A stretch of DNA of 62,192 bases, the filler included, from Squatina squatina (Eukaryota): NCBI GenBank assembly GCA_031763465.1. It is 3 parts of 3 records of this genome, joined end to end, with 100 filler letters (N's around TTAATTAATTAA, not from the genome) between each part and the next. Parts side by side here need not be neighbours in the genome. Positions count along the whole stretch, not along the records: positions 1 to 26,049 come from JARFOE010000016.1; 2 more parts are not named here. One strand, written 5' to 3'. Shown here in pieces: positions 1 through 14,100 of this stretch (position 1 is its first letter; every line of letters begins with the position of its first letter). The notes below the pieces were generated by a model. That model saw only the letters and a list, made by a program, of their open reading frames with translations. It had not been told where the DNA came from and ran no database searches. A program made the position numbers and the translations under genes.

Positions 1-3000
1 ACTTGCATGATGAAAAAAAATTACAGTAGTCTGAAAAATTAATCTGATAGCTTTACATTCCCATGAGGGTTTCTGAGAAACCTTACACAGATTCATACAT
101 AAAATTTTCATTTTAATTTTTTTTATCAAAGTAAGGGTTGTTCACACTTGGCTTTGTCAATTCAGGCACTTCAGATCAGCATTCAGCACTCTGGAGTCAG
201 GTACAGCACAGTTAGATGTTGAGTGAAGCTTCCCCTACTCGAGAGGTGAAGTCCAGTGTCTAAATCTATTGTACCATCCGTTTGTTCCTTCCTTTATTTT
301 TAAAATATTTAGCTTTTATTGTCATTGAAATTTCAGTGAAAGACCAACAACACTTTCAGCCCATAATATCAGTTTACCCAACCAAAATGCATTGTGTAAG
401 ATCACAAAAGTCTTATGATGTATTTTAGCCACATCCAACAATATGACCAGGCATCAACAATTAAGTAGATGTCATAAGACCACATGCATAATGTAACATT
501 GACACATGTCAGATGTGCAGAAGGCCCAGCTATCAGCAATTAAAATTGGTTGCCATGGAAATAGTTGCGCCCTGGCACGGAATAAGATTTGGCAGCTTTT
601 CTTCATTAATTACATTTCATTGCCTTAGAAAAAAAAAATGCAGACTCTTGTCTTTTTAATTAAAATGGAGAAAAGCCATCCTCCTTAGCAAAGTAATGAG
701 TATTACCAAACTAGCAATGCACTTTGTGTAACAGTGAAGACCTCATAAAAATGACCTATTTGTAAACTACATGGTGACTTTGGAAAGCAATCAATTGAGT
801 AGTTTTTTTTTTATACAATAAATAGTTTCTGTTTCGCTTCATGCTTTTCCAGAACTGTTCATCAGTAGAAATTTTGATTCTCGCAGTTCTATCTTATCCT
901 TCTGATTAAATGCACAGTGGAATTATTTGAAGCACCTCATTATTAGTGACAATTTTATTCTTTGTTATGAATATTTTATTGCAAAATCTCTGCTAACCAT
1001 TTACCTTTTACATTGAAAAATTCCCATGATAAATGTTCAATATGACAATTTAAAATGTGTTTTTTTTTAAGATTTTGATTAAAGTCAACTGATAACTGTT
1101 TAAATCAGAATCACAAAAAATGTTGTACCCCAGACACTGAATACAGGCTGAACCAGATAGTGCAGTATTAATGTCCTCATTGATCCTAAGTTGAGCATGT
1201 TGAAACCATTTTCCTGACCACCCACTTCCATTTTTGCTGCATTGTAGTCCTTCCACGTTATCTCTCTCCCACTGTCACTGAAACTCATATATGCCTTTGT
1301 TAATTCCAGACTACACTTCCCCAGTGCCAGCCTTCTTCGCTCCACCCTACACAAACTTAAAGTCATTCAANNNNNNNNNNNNNNNNNNNNNNNNNNNNNN
1401 NNNNNNNNNNNNNNNNNNNNNNNNNNNNNNNNNNNNNNNNNNNNNNNNNNNNNNNNNNNNNNNNNNNNNNAATCTGTCATTAATTACAATACCCACTGTG
1501 CGATCACCAGCCTATTACTCAAAATTAATCTCCCCTTAAAGATACTGGCATTTTAAGCCAGAATTAAAATGTTGTGTTTTTTATATAGCTTAGTTGTCTG
1601 CATCTAAATCCACCATTAAACCACAATTACATTATCTGACATCTGCTATCAAGCTGAACCACCATGCAATCAAAACTAAACGTCAAGCAGCAACTAGTCA
1701 GATTTCAATTCACATCTTCATTTTGAAAACCAGCAAATAGTAGATATTAATTAATAACGAGGTGATCACATGAAGTGTATACATAAACAGGGAGACAGGT
1801 AGTGAATCAGGCTGAGAGAAAGAACAAACAGAAAAAGCATGAAAGCATAAAAAAAGAGGTGCAGAGGAAAGATTGAGAATGCTTGCGAGAGACATGGTGA
1901 GAGAGAAAAAGTGTGAGCGAATTGGAGAGCAACAGATATAGTTACAGGAAGTAAGCCAATCTCACTTTTATGGACAGTTCGCCAATGTCTTTTTTTTCTG
2001 ATTCTTCCCACTGGTAGAGAAAGCAGTTGAAGTAAAGCAGGAAGAGAGAGAGAAACAAACAGGAAAAAAGTAAGAGAGACTGGAAGAGAAGGAGAAAGAA
2101 AAACAAAAGTGAAGTGAGTCCTTTGATGCTTCTTATGTGGGGCTTGCCTCAGCCCATTTAAGATGCTATCACAGTGAAATGGAAATATAATTGGGCTTAA
2201 ACTATGGCAAAAGGTTACAATACATATACCTAGCTCAGGTAACTTTTGGCACTTCAGATCAAAAGCAAAATTTTCCCAAAAGGCAGAAGCTCTCAATCCT
2301 TTCAACAGGTCAGGAATCAATCGGAATTATTTCAATCACCTGGGCAGGTGGGAAGTGGATGTTGATTGATGAGTTCTTTACTAAATCTGAATAAAGCAAA
2401 GCACATTTTCTCTGATGTTAATCCTGACACAACAACTTCCCTGCAGGATTCCTTCAATGAGTTTGCCAATACAGATAATAGCTCTCTCTCTGTCTTGTAA
2501 TAACAAACTTTAATACTTTGTCTCAAACAATCTTGACCTGATTCGACTATACTATAAATAAAAAGTGTGTCTTTGCTGAATCTCAATCTCTGGTCCAGAC
2601 AACAGGCATGGATTACTTACACCAAAGGAAGTCCTTTCAAAAATAACCAACCAATATTCATTTAAAAAAATCTCAATGCATTGGTCTATCTACAATTTCA
2701 TCTGACCAGATATATCTGTGTATGTCTAACATATATATATATCAGAAATATTTTCTTAAATGATGCCGGACAGAGCTCATGTTTGTCATACTGAACTTGG
2801 CTCTGTTACTCACCCAGCATCCGCAGTCACAGGATAACAATCAAGAGCCAAAACCCAGATGACCTTAGCCCACTGTTGCCTGTATACTACTGCAGCAACT
2901 GAGATTAGTTAAATCAACAAGAATCGAACCTGGGACCCTGTAGTTTTCATTTCATGATACCCATCAGGCAGTGGCTTTACTCGCCAGACCATCACAGAAC

Positions 3001-3711
3001 CAGGGACATTTCAATTTATTAATTTGCACAAGCTTCAAAATAAGCAAATCCATCACAGAGCTAAACATTATAGGTTTGTGTTTATTCTGTTTTGCCATGC
3101 TGTACTTTTATTGTCATAGTTTAATGAGGTGTCAGTTACAAGCGCAATAATGTGCAAACAACCTTGTTAAACAAATTGCTAACATAAGGTAAACAGTAAA
3201 AAATAGGCAATAAATTTGAATTCATTCTTCAGTAACTACTGCATGCCTGACAATAAAATATCATCCTGGAGAAGTGCCATTAATATCCATTTATTAACTG
3301 TTGCTAACAAAACAAGCAGACCTTCAATTAGTACAAAGGAAAATAAGGATTAATTTCAATATCACCTTAGACTGTTCCTTTTTATACCACAGGTAGTGAT
3401 GTGGGAAATGACAGTAGTCCACTGATGAGATTTTTTGGATCACACATTTAAGCAGCATAATGTGTTACTTGTTTGAGATATTTGATTAGTTTACACATCA
3501 TGTTGGGGTGAAAGAAATTACAGCAATGACATCTTTACATCTTCCTTTTGGAGGAACTATATACCAGGATATGATAAATGTCCACTACACTACTTTTCAC
3601 AATTACTCTCTGAGTATTTAACATTCACAAGGACAATGAGACAAATGCTCAATATTATTCCTCATTCAAAGGAAGGCATGCCTGATGGTGCAGTACTCTC
3701 AGAACAGTAAC

Positions 3712-3843
3712 ACAAAAGCAAAATACCGCAGATGCTGGAAATCTGAAATAAAAACAGAAAATGCTGGAAATACTCAGCAGGTCAGGCAGCATCCATGAAG
3801 AGAAAAACAAAGTTAACATTTCAGATCGATGACTTTTCATCTG
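3712..3843. repeat. Interspersed repeat (AAAACAGAAAATGCTGGAAATACTCAGCAGGTCAGGCAGCATC), probably a Penelope-like retroelement terminus
   Basis: Related copies at about 11475-11600 and, inverted, at about 44540-44636. The family assignment is recalled and tentative. Confidence 0.55.
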
Positions 3844-3943
3844 NNNNNNNNNNNNNNNNNNNNNNNNNNNNNNNNNNNNNNNNNNNNNNNNNNNNNNNNN
3901 NNNNNNNNNNNNNNNNNNNNNNNNNNNNNNNNNNNNNNNNNNN

Positions 3944-4490
3944 CGTTTTCACACTGGAACAAAAATTGGGGAGTGCCCCCTGAAGCTGCGCCGGACAATG
4001 CCAGCGATAGCTTCAGGGGACGTGAACTGGGCTGCACGCAGCTCGCGGGGCGATAGTTAAAGGGGTGGTGGCGGCCATATAAAAAAAAGTGGCATTCTTC
4101 TTTGGCGCCCCAATCACTGGCTCCGTGCCGCAGTCGTTCAGCCTGGCACTCTGCTTGAGTGTTGGGTTGTTGGCATGGCACCCCCGTTTCCCGGTGGTCC
4201 ATTTCATACCTGCAGAGTTTGCAGCTTGGGCCCTTCCCTTTAATAAAGGGATGAGACCCTTCTACCCGGCAGCGCTACACGGCCCAGTGTTTAGTGCTGC
4301 GTCCCGCTCCAGACCTGTCCGCTGCACTACTGCCCCAGAAAGGAACTGGAGCGCGTTATTTTGTGCTCTCCTTCCTTTCGGGGGCGGTAACCTGAATTTT
4401 CAATGGGGCGGGACGTCTGCACCTGGCGGAGAATGCCTCACTTCCCGGATGTTACCGTCCCCAAACGGGCCGCAGCACAATTTCACCCCT
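3944..4490 (-). mobile_element. GC-rich non-autonomous DNA-transposon fragment, probably PIF/Harbinger type
   Basis: Reverse complement shares CCCGTTTGGGGACGGTAAC and a GGGG-N3-AAATTG-like terminus with the copy at 6793. Confidence 0.55.
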
Positions 4491-5315
4491 TTAGTCACTG
4501 ACAGAAGTTGGTGAAAAGGGCGTAGTGGTTTTCTTTTACTTTGGACTATTTTAAATCACATTTTTAACCGAAAAGTCCCCTATACGGCTCATTCAATTAG
4601 CTCTAACACTGCACAATGTCAATTGTTGAGATTAAAATGAACGACACAAATATAAAACCAGATAAGTGGCACATGAAAGCAAACCTAACCTTTGTTGACT
4701 TTTTCCAATTGAGAAACCAGAGTGAAGGAATTAAAACACAAGGTGCAGTGCTTGGAGGCCATAAAGGTCATGGAGAGAACCATTGGTGAACAGGATTGGT
4801 TGGCAAGTGTAAGCAGAAACTGGGACATGACCGTATACACCACAAGCTTCAAAAGAAAAAAAAGACAACAACTGGTTTAAATTCTTATCAGTTTGTGTTG
4901 ACTTGATACTGTTGGGAGCTGTGAAACAAGAAGCTTGTAAACATCAAAGGAATAGACAGCGATCCTGAAAGCAGTACGACAGTGATGGGGAATAGCAATC
5001 CTATTTGTTACACAGTACCATGAATTTGTGGGATTCAATCCTAAAATCTCAACAGGCATTCAGGATAGCAAACTCTATTGATCACCCTCACCTCAAGGTA
5101 CACAGCAATACTTTTCTTGGACCTCTCTACTTTTGCTTTACATTGCACTGTCAATATAAAGTCCCTGCACTCTGGCCAAATTCATGTAACCAAGCTACAG
5201 AGCATATATCAGTTGATTGAACAAGAACTTCTGCAATGTTTGCACAATGGGAACAAATGGATCAAAAAAACTGACATCACAGGACTGTCATTACTGTGTT
5301 AAGAAATATTATCTG

Positions 5316-5347
<32 letters not shown>

Positions 5348-5348
5348 T
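5316..5348. repeat. (TA)n(CA)n microsatellite
   Basis: Directly visible. Confidence 0.95.
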
Positions 5349-6792
5349 GTCCTTTGTACTAAGCCTTTATTCTTCAAAAAATGTAAACATTATGTATGTG
5401 AATCATAAACCAGTACTTAAAATGTTCCAAGTCTGCTTTGCTTTGAACAGATTATTACAGTGTGTGGAAAGGAATCCAATTAAGGCTCCTGTATGAACAG
5501 TTAATTTATTATCTACGAATTAATCCCTTAATTGTGTAACTGTAGCTCCATTCTCTTGTATCTCCTCATGCATATTTATTAAACATTAGGCACTGTATGA
5601 ATAAAAATATATCAGGACACTATATTAGATTGCTACAAGCATGGCCATTTACCACAAATGACAAATTTCAATTTGACCTTGTTACTTCAGCAAACCACTT
5701 AAAGTCCCCTATTCGGTTCATTCAATTAGCTCCAACACTGCTGCGCTTCCCCAAAAAGTTGCACTGAGGTTTTTACCTAACATACTGACCTACTTCCCTT
5801 TCAACTGTCCCACAGAAAACACAACACGATTAAGATTTGTTACTCCCCAAACACCATTAATTCAAAATTACAATGCTATACTTGTTCTATTCAATTTGCA
5901 CATCTTATGTACATAGAATTGAATTTTATTGTGATCATTTCTGCTCATTGAACATTTTTCCAGGATGATTTAAACAGCATAAAGCAGCACATATAAAATA
6001 TTAACAAATCACTGTGCACAGAAGACTATTTCCTACACCCCATATTTCTAACAATAGCTTCTGTGTGTTTTAGCTTTACAATTTATTATAAATGAGATGT
6101 TTTACAATTTTTTTTAGGCTTGTGTTATATGTTTGCACAATGGTAAAACAATTACTCCATTTAAGATCCCACAACATTGCCTGGCGTAAAAACGAAGTGC
6201 ACTGCATCAGTATCATATGAAAAAAACTATTTTGTTGAGTAAAGTAGTAACAAAACAAAGTCCACTTTCAATTGGTGTTTTATGCCAAATTATGTGGGTA
6301 AGTGAGTATTCTCACACCAATCAAGCAAATCACCTTGTGGTAAGTCAATGTGNNNNNNNNNNCCAAGAACTAGAGCATTGTTCCAAGAAAGGATAATGTG
6401 GTTGCCAAGGTGGTACGGGAGGAGGGGAAGAAATGTACAGTGGGAAAAACTAACTTCATCATATCATTCAGAAGTACCTTCCTACCCCCATTCTGCCCAC
6501 ATATTTAGTTGTACAATTAGAAAGAATTATGTTAAAAGGTTACGTTGGACAAGTTAATTAAAATGGTATGGAGAATGGACTGATCAGCAAAAAAAGGAGC
6601 AAGTCTGAAAGTACGTTTACTCTTGGATTCATTCAGAAATCTATGGAGACAAGACAAATAAGTCAATACAACTACGTCCAAGGTGTCGACGCTCTTGGTT
6701 GTTGACTAACTCATGTTATTGCTTCTTATCGTAAACTATTTACACCTAATGTAAGGGTTGAGGTTTCCAAGTTTAATCTAGAATTACATTTT

Positions 6793-7258
6793 GGGGACAA
6801 AATTGCGTATTGCCCCGTTTGGGGACGGTAACCTTCGTGAGGCGGAACTTTCAGCACCCGGTGCGGAAGTCCTGCCACGCGACCTAAATTCGGGTTACCA
6901 CCCCCGAGAGGAATGGGGGCACAATGTTGGGTGCTCCACTTCCTCTCGGGGGTGGGTCTGGGACGCTAAGCGTGAGAAGGTCGTAGCGCTACGCGGCCTC
7001 TCCGCATAGCGCTGACACGATCATAGGGCACTCCCCTCCCCCTCCATTAAAGAGGAGGGCACGCTGCAAGGGGTCTCCACTATGCCACCAGGGATACAGA
7101 ATGCTGTGGCAGGACCGGTAAGTCCGTCGAAAATTAAAAATGGCGCTGCGCACCTCCCCTTTAATTTCGCCCAGCTAGGGGAGTGCGCCCCAGTTTGCGA
7201 CCCTTGAGGCTGGCACTGAGATCACCTGCGGCAGCCTCACGGGGCGCTGCCCAATTTC
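6793..7258 (+). mobile_element. GC-rich Harbinger-like element end
   Basis: Starts GGGGACAAAATTG. The internal CGAGAGGAA...TTCCTCTCGG stem is shared with about 52540-52590. Related termini occur at about 19102 and 52456 and, inverted, at about 26952-26966. Confidence 0.55.
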
Positions 7259-7358
7259 NNNNNNNNNNNNNNNNNNNNNNNNNNNNNNNNNNNNNNNNNN
7301 NNNNNNNNNNNNNNNNNNNNNNNNNNNNNNNNNNNNNNNNNNNNNNNNNNNNNNNNNN

Positions 7359-7608
7359 TCCCCCGATTTCCATCGCTCCACCATTGGCGGCCATGCCTTC
7401 AGCTGCCTGGGGCCCCAAGCTCTGGAATTCCCTCCCTAAACCTCTCCGCCTCTCTCTCTCCTCCTTAAAACCGACCTCTGTGACCGAGCTTTTGGTCGCC
7501 TGTCCTGATATCTCCTTTGTGGCTCGGGGTCAAATTTTGTTTGAGAATCACTCCTGTGAAGCACCTTGGGAGGTTTTACTAGGTGAATAAATACAAGTTG
7601 TTGTTGTT
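7359..7608 (+). mobile_element. L2-clade LINE 3' end
   Basis: Encodes GPKLWNSLPKPLRLS and ends in an ATAAATACAAGTTGTTGTTG tail. An inverted copy lies at 28355-28660. Confidence 0.7.
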
Positions 7609-7929
7609 TGAAATGTCTTCCCAATGGAAACTCTCCAGTGAGGTGGCCTCACCGATGATATCAATGACAGGATTGCCCTTCGCTGGGAGCAAGTTTTCCC
7701 AGGATCGGGAACATGGGCTGGTCTGGTCACTGCCTCGACTGCTTTTGACGGAGCCGTACCAGGGGTCATCCTTTCAGTCCGTGCAGCAGAGTCTGGTCTC
7801 CAATCACCTCGGACCTCCCTGCCATTGGGCCAAGACCGTGTGGGAGCTGGTGTGCGAGCACAGGCACCTTCCATCCTTTCAGCACCCCAACTGAGCTGGG
7901 GAAGAGTCCATGCAGACATGTCTTCAAGT

Positions 7930-8835
7930 CTGAGGAGTTCGATCGGGTAAACATAGAGAAGATGTTTCCACTTGTGGGGGGAGACCAGAACTCGGGGCCA
8001 TCAATACAAGACAGTCAATGATAAATCAAATAGGGAATTCAGGAGAAACTCCTTTACCCAGAGGGTGGTGAGAATGTGGAACTCACTCCCACAGGGAGGG
8101 GGTGAGGTGAATAGCAGAGGTGCCTTTAAGGAGCAGCTGGATAAACACATGAGGGAGAAGGATATCAAGTAAACACCAGCCAGTATTTCAACACAGGGGA
8201 GTGGAAATCTGTAACTCTCTCCCCCAAAAGGCTGTGGATGCTGGAGGTCACAATTGGAGCTTTCAAGACTGAGATTAATTGGCTTTTGTTGGCTAAGGTA
8301 TCAGGGGATATGGAGCCAGGGCGGGTAATGGGAGTCAAGGTCCAGATCAGCCACGATCAAGCTGAATGGCAAACAGGCTGGAGGGGCTGAACGGCCTCCT
8401 CCTGTTCCTAAAATTTATCCCTCAACCATCCAACTTGAACAGGCGAGGCTGAGGGGAGACCTAATTGAGGTGTATAAAATTATGAGGGGCCTCGATAGAG
8501 TGGATAGGAAGGACCTATTCCCCTTAGCAGAGGGGTCAATAACCAGGGGGCAGAGATTTAAAGTAATTGGTAGAAGGATTAGAGGGGAGTTGAGGAGAAC
8601 TTTTTTCACCCAGAGGGTGGTGGGGGTCTGGAACTCACTGCCTGAAAGGGTGGTAGAGGCAGAAACCCTCATCACATTTAAAAAGTACTTGGATGTGCCC
8701 TTGAAGTGGCGTAACCGACAGGACTACGGACCGAGAGCTGGACAGTGGGATTAGGCTGGAGAGCTCTTTTTCAACCGACGTAAACACGATGGGCTGAATG
8801 GACTCCTTCTGTGCAGAAAACCTCCATGATTCTAA
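7930..8835 (+). mobile_element. Three stacked CR1-clade LINE 3' fragments
   Basis: TRGHQYK...FTQRVVRMWNSLP, a degenerate middle copy, then RLRGDLIEVYKIMRGLDRVD...FFTQRVVGVWNSLPERVVEA, the typical CR1 ORF2 C-terminus. Confidence 0.9.
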
Positions 8836-9254
8836 TAAGTGTCCTTTCTATAATGGAACACCCAAAACTGTGCCCAGTACTCCAATTGTGGCTGAACCAA
8901 CTTTATCATTACTCCTTTACTCTGCTACACTATTCCTCCGTTTATTGAACCCAAAAAGCTGTTGGCCTTTTATTTACATGGCTTTATCTAGCCTTTCATA
9001 TCCAGTTTTATTCTATTGCTTTCTCCCATAATAAAATAGTGAGATGACACTATAAATCTGGCCTTTGCATTTCATTCTTATATATTTTTCTTTCAATTTT
9101 GCTTATAGCTTCCATTGCATGGGAAATGCTTAGCAAATGGTTTGCATAATCTTTGATCAGGTCACAAACACAATATTCAATAATGCAAACAGGAATCTTT
9201 ATTGAAATTTTACTGCTAGGTCTATCATAATAGAAGTTCATCCAGTGATGACGT

Positions 9255-9530
9255 GAGTCATTCAGACCAGGAAGGTCCCAGGCTTGATTCTCACTCTGAA
9301 TTAGCTGTTTACAAAGACAGCAACATCGCTGGTTTAGGGAGGGGCAGCTGGCCAAGGTTCCCACTCCTGATCATTGTTGAGCAGCACCTGACCAAAGTGT
9401 GCAGATCAGGCAAAGGGCACGATTGGGCTCAGCTTTGCTTTCCTTGTGGTGGAATAGCCTGCTGACATTCATTGTCAAGGCTCACACATGAATAATGACC
9501 ACTTGAATGAGGTGCCGTGTGACACCCAGA
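9255..9530 (+). mobile_element. Old SINE, LF-SINE-like
   Basis: Contains AATAGCCTGCTGACA...GGCTCACACATGAATAATGACCACTTG, which resembles the LF-SINE body as recalled. A degenerate relative lies at about 16120-16330. Confidence 0.5.
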
Positions 9531-10554
9531 AGACTGCTCCACAGCACAGAAATATACAGAAGTTACAACACAGAACCAGCTGATTTGGTCCAATCACTCC
9601 ATGTCAGCATTTACCCTGTATGCGAGCAAATAATTCTAATTTACAGATACCCTGTTCCCATATTCCTTCAACCACTTTTCCTTCATCCACCTAAGAGTCA
9701 ACATCTTCAGGAGAGGGCAAAAGAGAATGACGATGAAATAATTGCACATTTGAATATTGCATTATGTCAGCATTTTATGTAGTACTACTTTAAACAGTGT
9801 TTATTTTTCTTCTTGTCTTTTACCAGGTCCTGGTGCCACACACCATTCCTTGATCAATGGGCAGAGGTGATTTGCTCAGAGGGCCCTACCATTGAAATCT
9901 GAAATTTAGCTGTTTTATCTTCATTCTTGCAGCTGTACAAACATCAACAAAATCTCCAAATCCGTTATCATTTAAATCTATTTTCTTGCAGGAATATAAA
10001 GGCGAAGTTCTTGAAAATCAGCATAATCTACTGTAGTATTTTCTATTGTTAACAACAATGAACAAGGTAACTAGGGGGACTGAAATTGCAGTAAAAAATT
10101 ATTTTCAATCCCCATAGATGAATAAATTATTCAAATTGGATCATAAAACAACAAAATTCTTAGCGTTTGAAAACCCACACTTGTGCCACTAGTTGTTTCA
10201 AACCATCATTACATTCCACATCTGAAATGCCATGTGAAGAGCACAGTGTCATGGGAACAAATCTTCCCCAATACAGAAGACAAAGGAAGGGCAGTATAAT
10301 TAAAAATGATTTGCTGAAAGAAACCGAACACAATACTGAGCATGTGATTTGGATTCCACTGTTTGGGTACTGATGGGAGGTAAAAAGTAGTACTAAAAAT
10401 AATAGCAAAAAAAAATACAGGATATTAAAATCAGATTTTAAGGTAAAAACAGATAAAAAGCCTCTGTTCCTAATTATTTCCAAATATCGACTGACTCTCT
10501 TACAGATTAGAGTTCAAGCAAATAAACAGGCTGTCTCCTCATTTTTGCCTTAAG

Positions 10555-11075
10555 CTATATTCAGTTCATCAATAACCTTCCCTCCCATCAAAAGGTCAGA
10601 AGTGCGGCTGTTCACTGATGATTGCACAATGTTCCTCTCTATTCGTAATTCTGCAGAAAATGAAGCATTCCATGCACTCATGCAAGAAGACCTGGGCTGA
10701 TAAGTGACAAGTTACAACTATGCCACACAAGTGCCAGGCAATGACCAGCTCTAGTAACAGAGGGCCTAACCACCTCCCTTCAACATTCAATGGCATTAAC
10801 ATCACTGAGCCATCCTGGGAATAACCACTGACCAGAAACTCAACTAGACTAGCCACATAAATGCTGTGGCTACTAGGGCAGGTTAGGGGCTGGGTATTCT
10901 GTGGCGAGTGGCTCCCCACCTAGCTCCCCAGAGCCTCTTCAGCACCTACAAGGTGTAAGTTAGAAGTGGAAAGGAATACTTTCCACTTGCCTGGATGGGT
11001 TCAGCTGCAACCACACTCAAGAAGATTGACACTCTCCAAGAAGAAGCAGTCCAGTTCGTCAGCCCCTCATCCACT
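10555..11075 (+). mobile_element. Degenerate non-LTR retrotransposon reverse-transcriptase fragment
   Basis: RSEVRLFTDDCT corresponds to the FADD motif. Frameshifts and stops follow. A probable 3' tail of this kind of element lies at about 42170-42260. Confidence 0.7.
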
Positions 11076-11087
11076 CGACCCACGATT

Positions 11088-11088
<1 letters not shown>

Positions 11089-11140
<52 letters not shown>
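11089..11140. other. Poly-G run next to a gap, probable sequencing artefact
   Basis: 52 G at a contig end, typical of two-colour Illumina no-signal reads. Confidence 0.8.
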
Positions 11141-14100
11141 NNNNNNNNNNNNNNNNNNNNNNNNNNNNNNNNNNNNNNNNNNNNNNNNNNNNNNNNNNNN
11201 NNNNNNNNNNNNNNNNNNNNNNNNNNNNNNNNNNNNNNNNCGTAAATCTGGGCCGACTTGCAGTCAGGCGCAAAGAGGCAACTTTGACAGAAATGTGGCA
11301 CACAGTTGCCGAGACGTGACATGAAGGCAAAGGATACCATAGGATTTTAAGTTCATAAAACACTCAGATGGCACAAATTTGCTTTATCTTGTTTTCCTTC
11401 TAAAATACAATGCATATATTTCTTGACAAGCCAGCAGTGTTGAAGATTTATGGAGAAGTTAGACTTTGACTAGAAAAACAAGGACTGGTGGAAATCTGAA
11501 AGAAGTACACAAAATGCTGAAAATGCACAATAGGCCAGTCGGTATGTAAAAGAGAAAAACAAATGTTGATGTTTCAGCTGAGAGCCTTCATCAGAACTAA
11601 TGGAGTTGGATTAGATACTGGAACCAATGGTTCTCAATGGTGCTGGGTGGTTTTGGATGGGGATGGAGAATGTCTTGAGCACAGAAGTTTTTCAGTTTAG
11701 AAATTAGTGCTTGTAGCAATATGACATGATTGATATGACACCATGCAGACAAGCTTTCCGATTTTACATGTCTAAAGTATTTTCAGCATTTATATTTTGA
11801 TGAGTTCCAGTAATCTATATGAATACACTGGCAGGCACAACCAACATTATAAACAGAACATGGTGTATGAATATTGGAGGTTTCCCCATTTTGAATTTTA
11901 CCATGATTTAAGAAGTGGCAGTTTTAAGAATTATTTGGGAACACTGAAATGTTCTCAGGATCGACAGAATGAACAGTTGAAGCTGTTCTGCCTCATCCAC
12001 AAAATCTAATCTCACAGAGTTCATACATCAAATGCATTGTGCATAAAAAGAATGAATCTAAAATGTTATAAAAGAACAATTTGTGAAACACTCAAAGCTT
12101 CACTCTTGTGGCTTAACTATATCGCTGGAACTGTTCAACTGTGTTATATGCTTATAAAAGCCCACTCGCAGAAAATCCATTATTCCTTATCTAGTTAATG
12201 GAATGGCAGGCAGGATCATTGACCAATTACACCTTTAGAAAATGGCAAAAAAAAAACACATTCACTCCAGCTCAACANNNNNNNNNNNNNNNNNNNNNNN
12301 NNNNNNNNNNNNNNNNNNNNNNNNNNNNNNNNNNNNNNNNNNNNNNNNNNNNNNNNNNNNNNNNNNNNNNNNNNNNNAGACAATTTAATAATATGTGCTG
12401 ATCTCCTGTAATGCCATCTGCACGCTACAATGAGAATAAAGTGCACACTGTCAGTGTATATTGTTGCTGATGACTCAGTGTTATGAAACCTTGCTAAAGA
12501 ATATAACACAATGCTGCATAATTTCAAATTCTGTAAACCAATGTTCAAAATTATTCACTGTCTGCAATATCACACAACGGGAGATCAACTGATTTGCAGA
12601 TTCAGCTTGCAAACTCAGAGCACATTTCCATACAACAGCCAATCAAGAAAAATCTTCTTTGAGGATAATTGTAGCAAGAAGAGGAAAACAAAGAAACACA
12701 CCTGTGCCATAACCAACAAGCAGTTGAGTTGCAAGGCCTGCACAGCATATAATGTAATTTAAAGATTACAGATCCAAGCTGGAAGATTCCTGAATACATG
12801 TTATCTGCTTATTATTTCTGAATTCTCAATTACCTTTTTAGTTGTGTGTGCTCAGTAGAACCTTTAGATCACAGGATACGATTTTATTAAAAATGATCCT
12901 CGCTATCAAAAAAGTCGGTGTTATCGACTATGAGAGACGTTGTTACCATGACTACACAAGTTAAAAATGTCAGTGCCGAGCTTGGTCTATTCATAAAGAA
13001 AATCAGATAAATGTTGGGTGAGCAGAAAATCCAGTTGAATGTGATTTAACAAAGCAGACTTAATTAAATGACTTGAAACTAAAGCTGTGAAAAATATTGG
13101 AGAACCTATTTTCCCAATAATCATTGCAACAGCATAATTGAGTAAAGATGATTTTTTTTTTATATATATGAAACAAAAAGCACCAGTTTGTCCAGCAAGC
13201 TGCACCAGCAACAGCGTTAACCGTCATTACAGTGACCTATGAATCTGAAGGTCCCAAGACTCTGTTGGATAAGGTCAAATTCAATGTGGAAAATGTTCAC
13301 TTCAGTGCCCACATTATCATAAATGAACTTCTGACAGTAGGAAAATAGCTCTACATGTTTACAGAATCCCTCAGAGAAACCAAATATCAAAATGGTTTAA
13401 CCCTACAATTTAGAAGCAACATCCTATAACGTTGTTGCACCTTCACATAAACTTACAGCTGGGTGTGTAGTTAAAACTTGCAGTGTCATTAGTCACGTAA
13501 TAATACTTCATAAAGGTGGGGAATCCCTAAATGGGGTATCATCTTCATGGAAAACAAAGCTGTTCTTTTTATGAACGTCTATTTTTAGAAAATAGATTTT
13601 ATATGCTTCACCAAATGCTAATGTTGGATCATATTTTTTTAATAAAGTTTAGTGCGTTAAATACAATTTTTAAAATCTGAAACGCATCTTACTCATTTCA
13701 GTAGAATTCGATAAACTGCTTTGTACATGTTAGCAAGGTAAACAATTTGCAAAATCGCAAATTAAGTTGACATTTTTCTGGGTTGGCAGAGAAAATCAGA
13801 CAGGCTGAAGGTTCAAAATATAATTAAAACATGAATTGATTCTATTTGTCTTGCAGAAATTAGAGATGTTCTTTAAAAAAAAGGACTCTCTAATTCATGT
13901 CCTTTCAATGACCAATAGCTTGATTACTGTTTGGCTTCTGGAATCATTTGCGATTGACAAAATTTTTGCCTGAATGCATGACCAGATCCAATGGCAGAGA
14001 GGAGATGCTGCACACATNNNNNNNNNNNNNNNNNNNNNNNNNNNNNNNNNNNNNNNNNNNNNNNNNNNNNNNNNNNNNNNNNNNNNNNNNNNNNNNNNNN

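Noticed and set aside
1966-2010. 45-nt AG/GT-bounded unit on the minus strand (WEESEKKDIGELSIK). Similar units at about 14363-14467 (-), 20165-20247 (-) and 24913-24970 (+)
   Set aside because: Plausible splice sites but no recognisable homology. Such units are expected by chance.
9587-9601. Minus-strand W-S-D-W-T resembling the cytokine-receptor WSxWS motif
   Set aside because: It lies in a degenerate CR1-type 3' tail, with an in-frame stop just upstream and no exon context.
11089-11140. Poly-Gly/poly-Pro ORFs or G-quadruplexes at the homopolymer runs (also 42049-42123)
   Set aside because: Contig-end homopolymers typical of sequencing artefacts.
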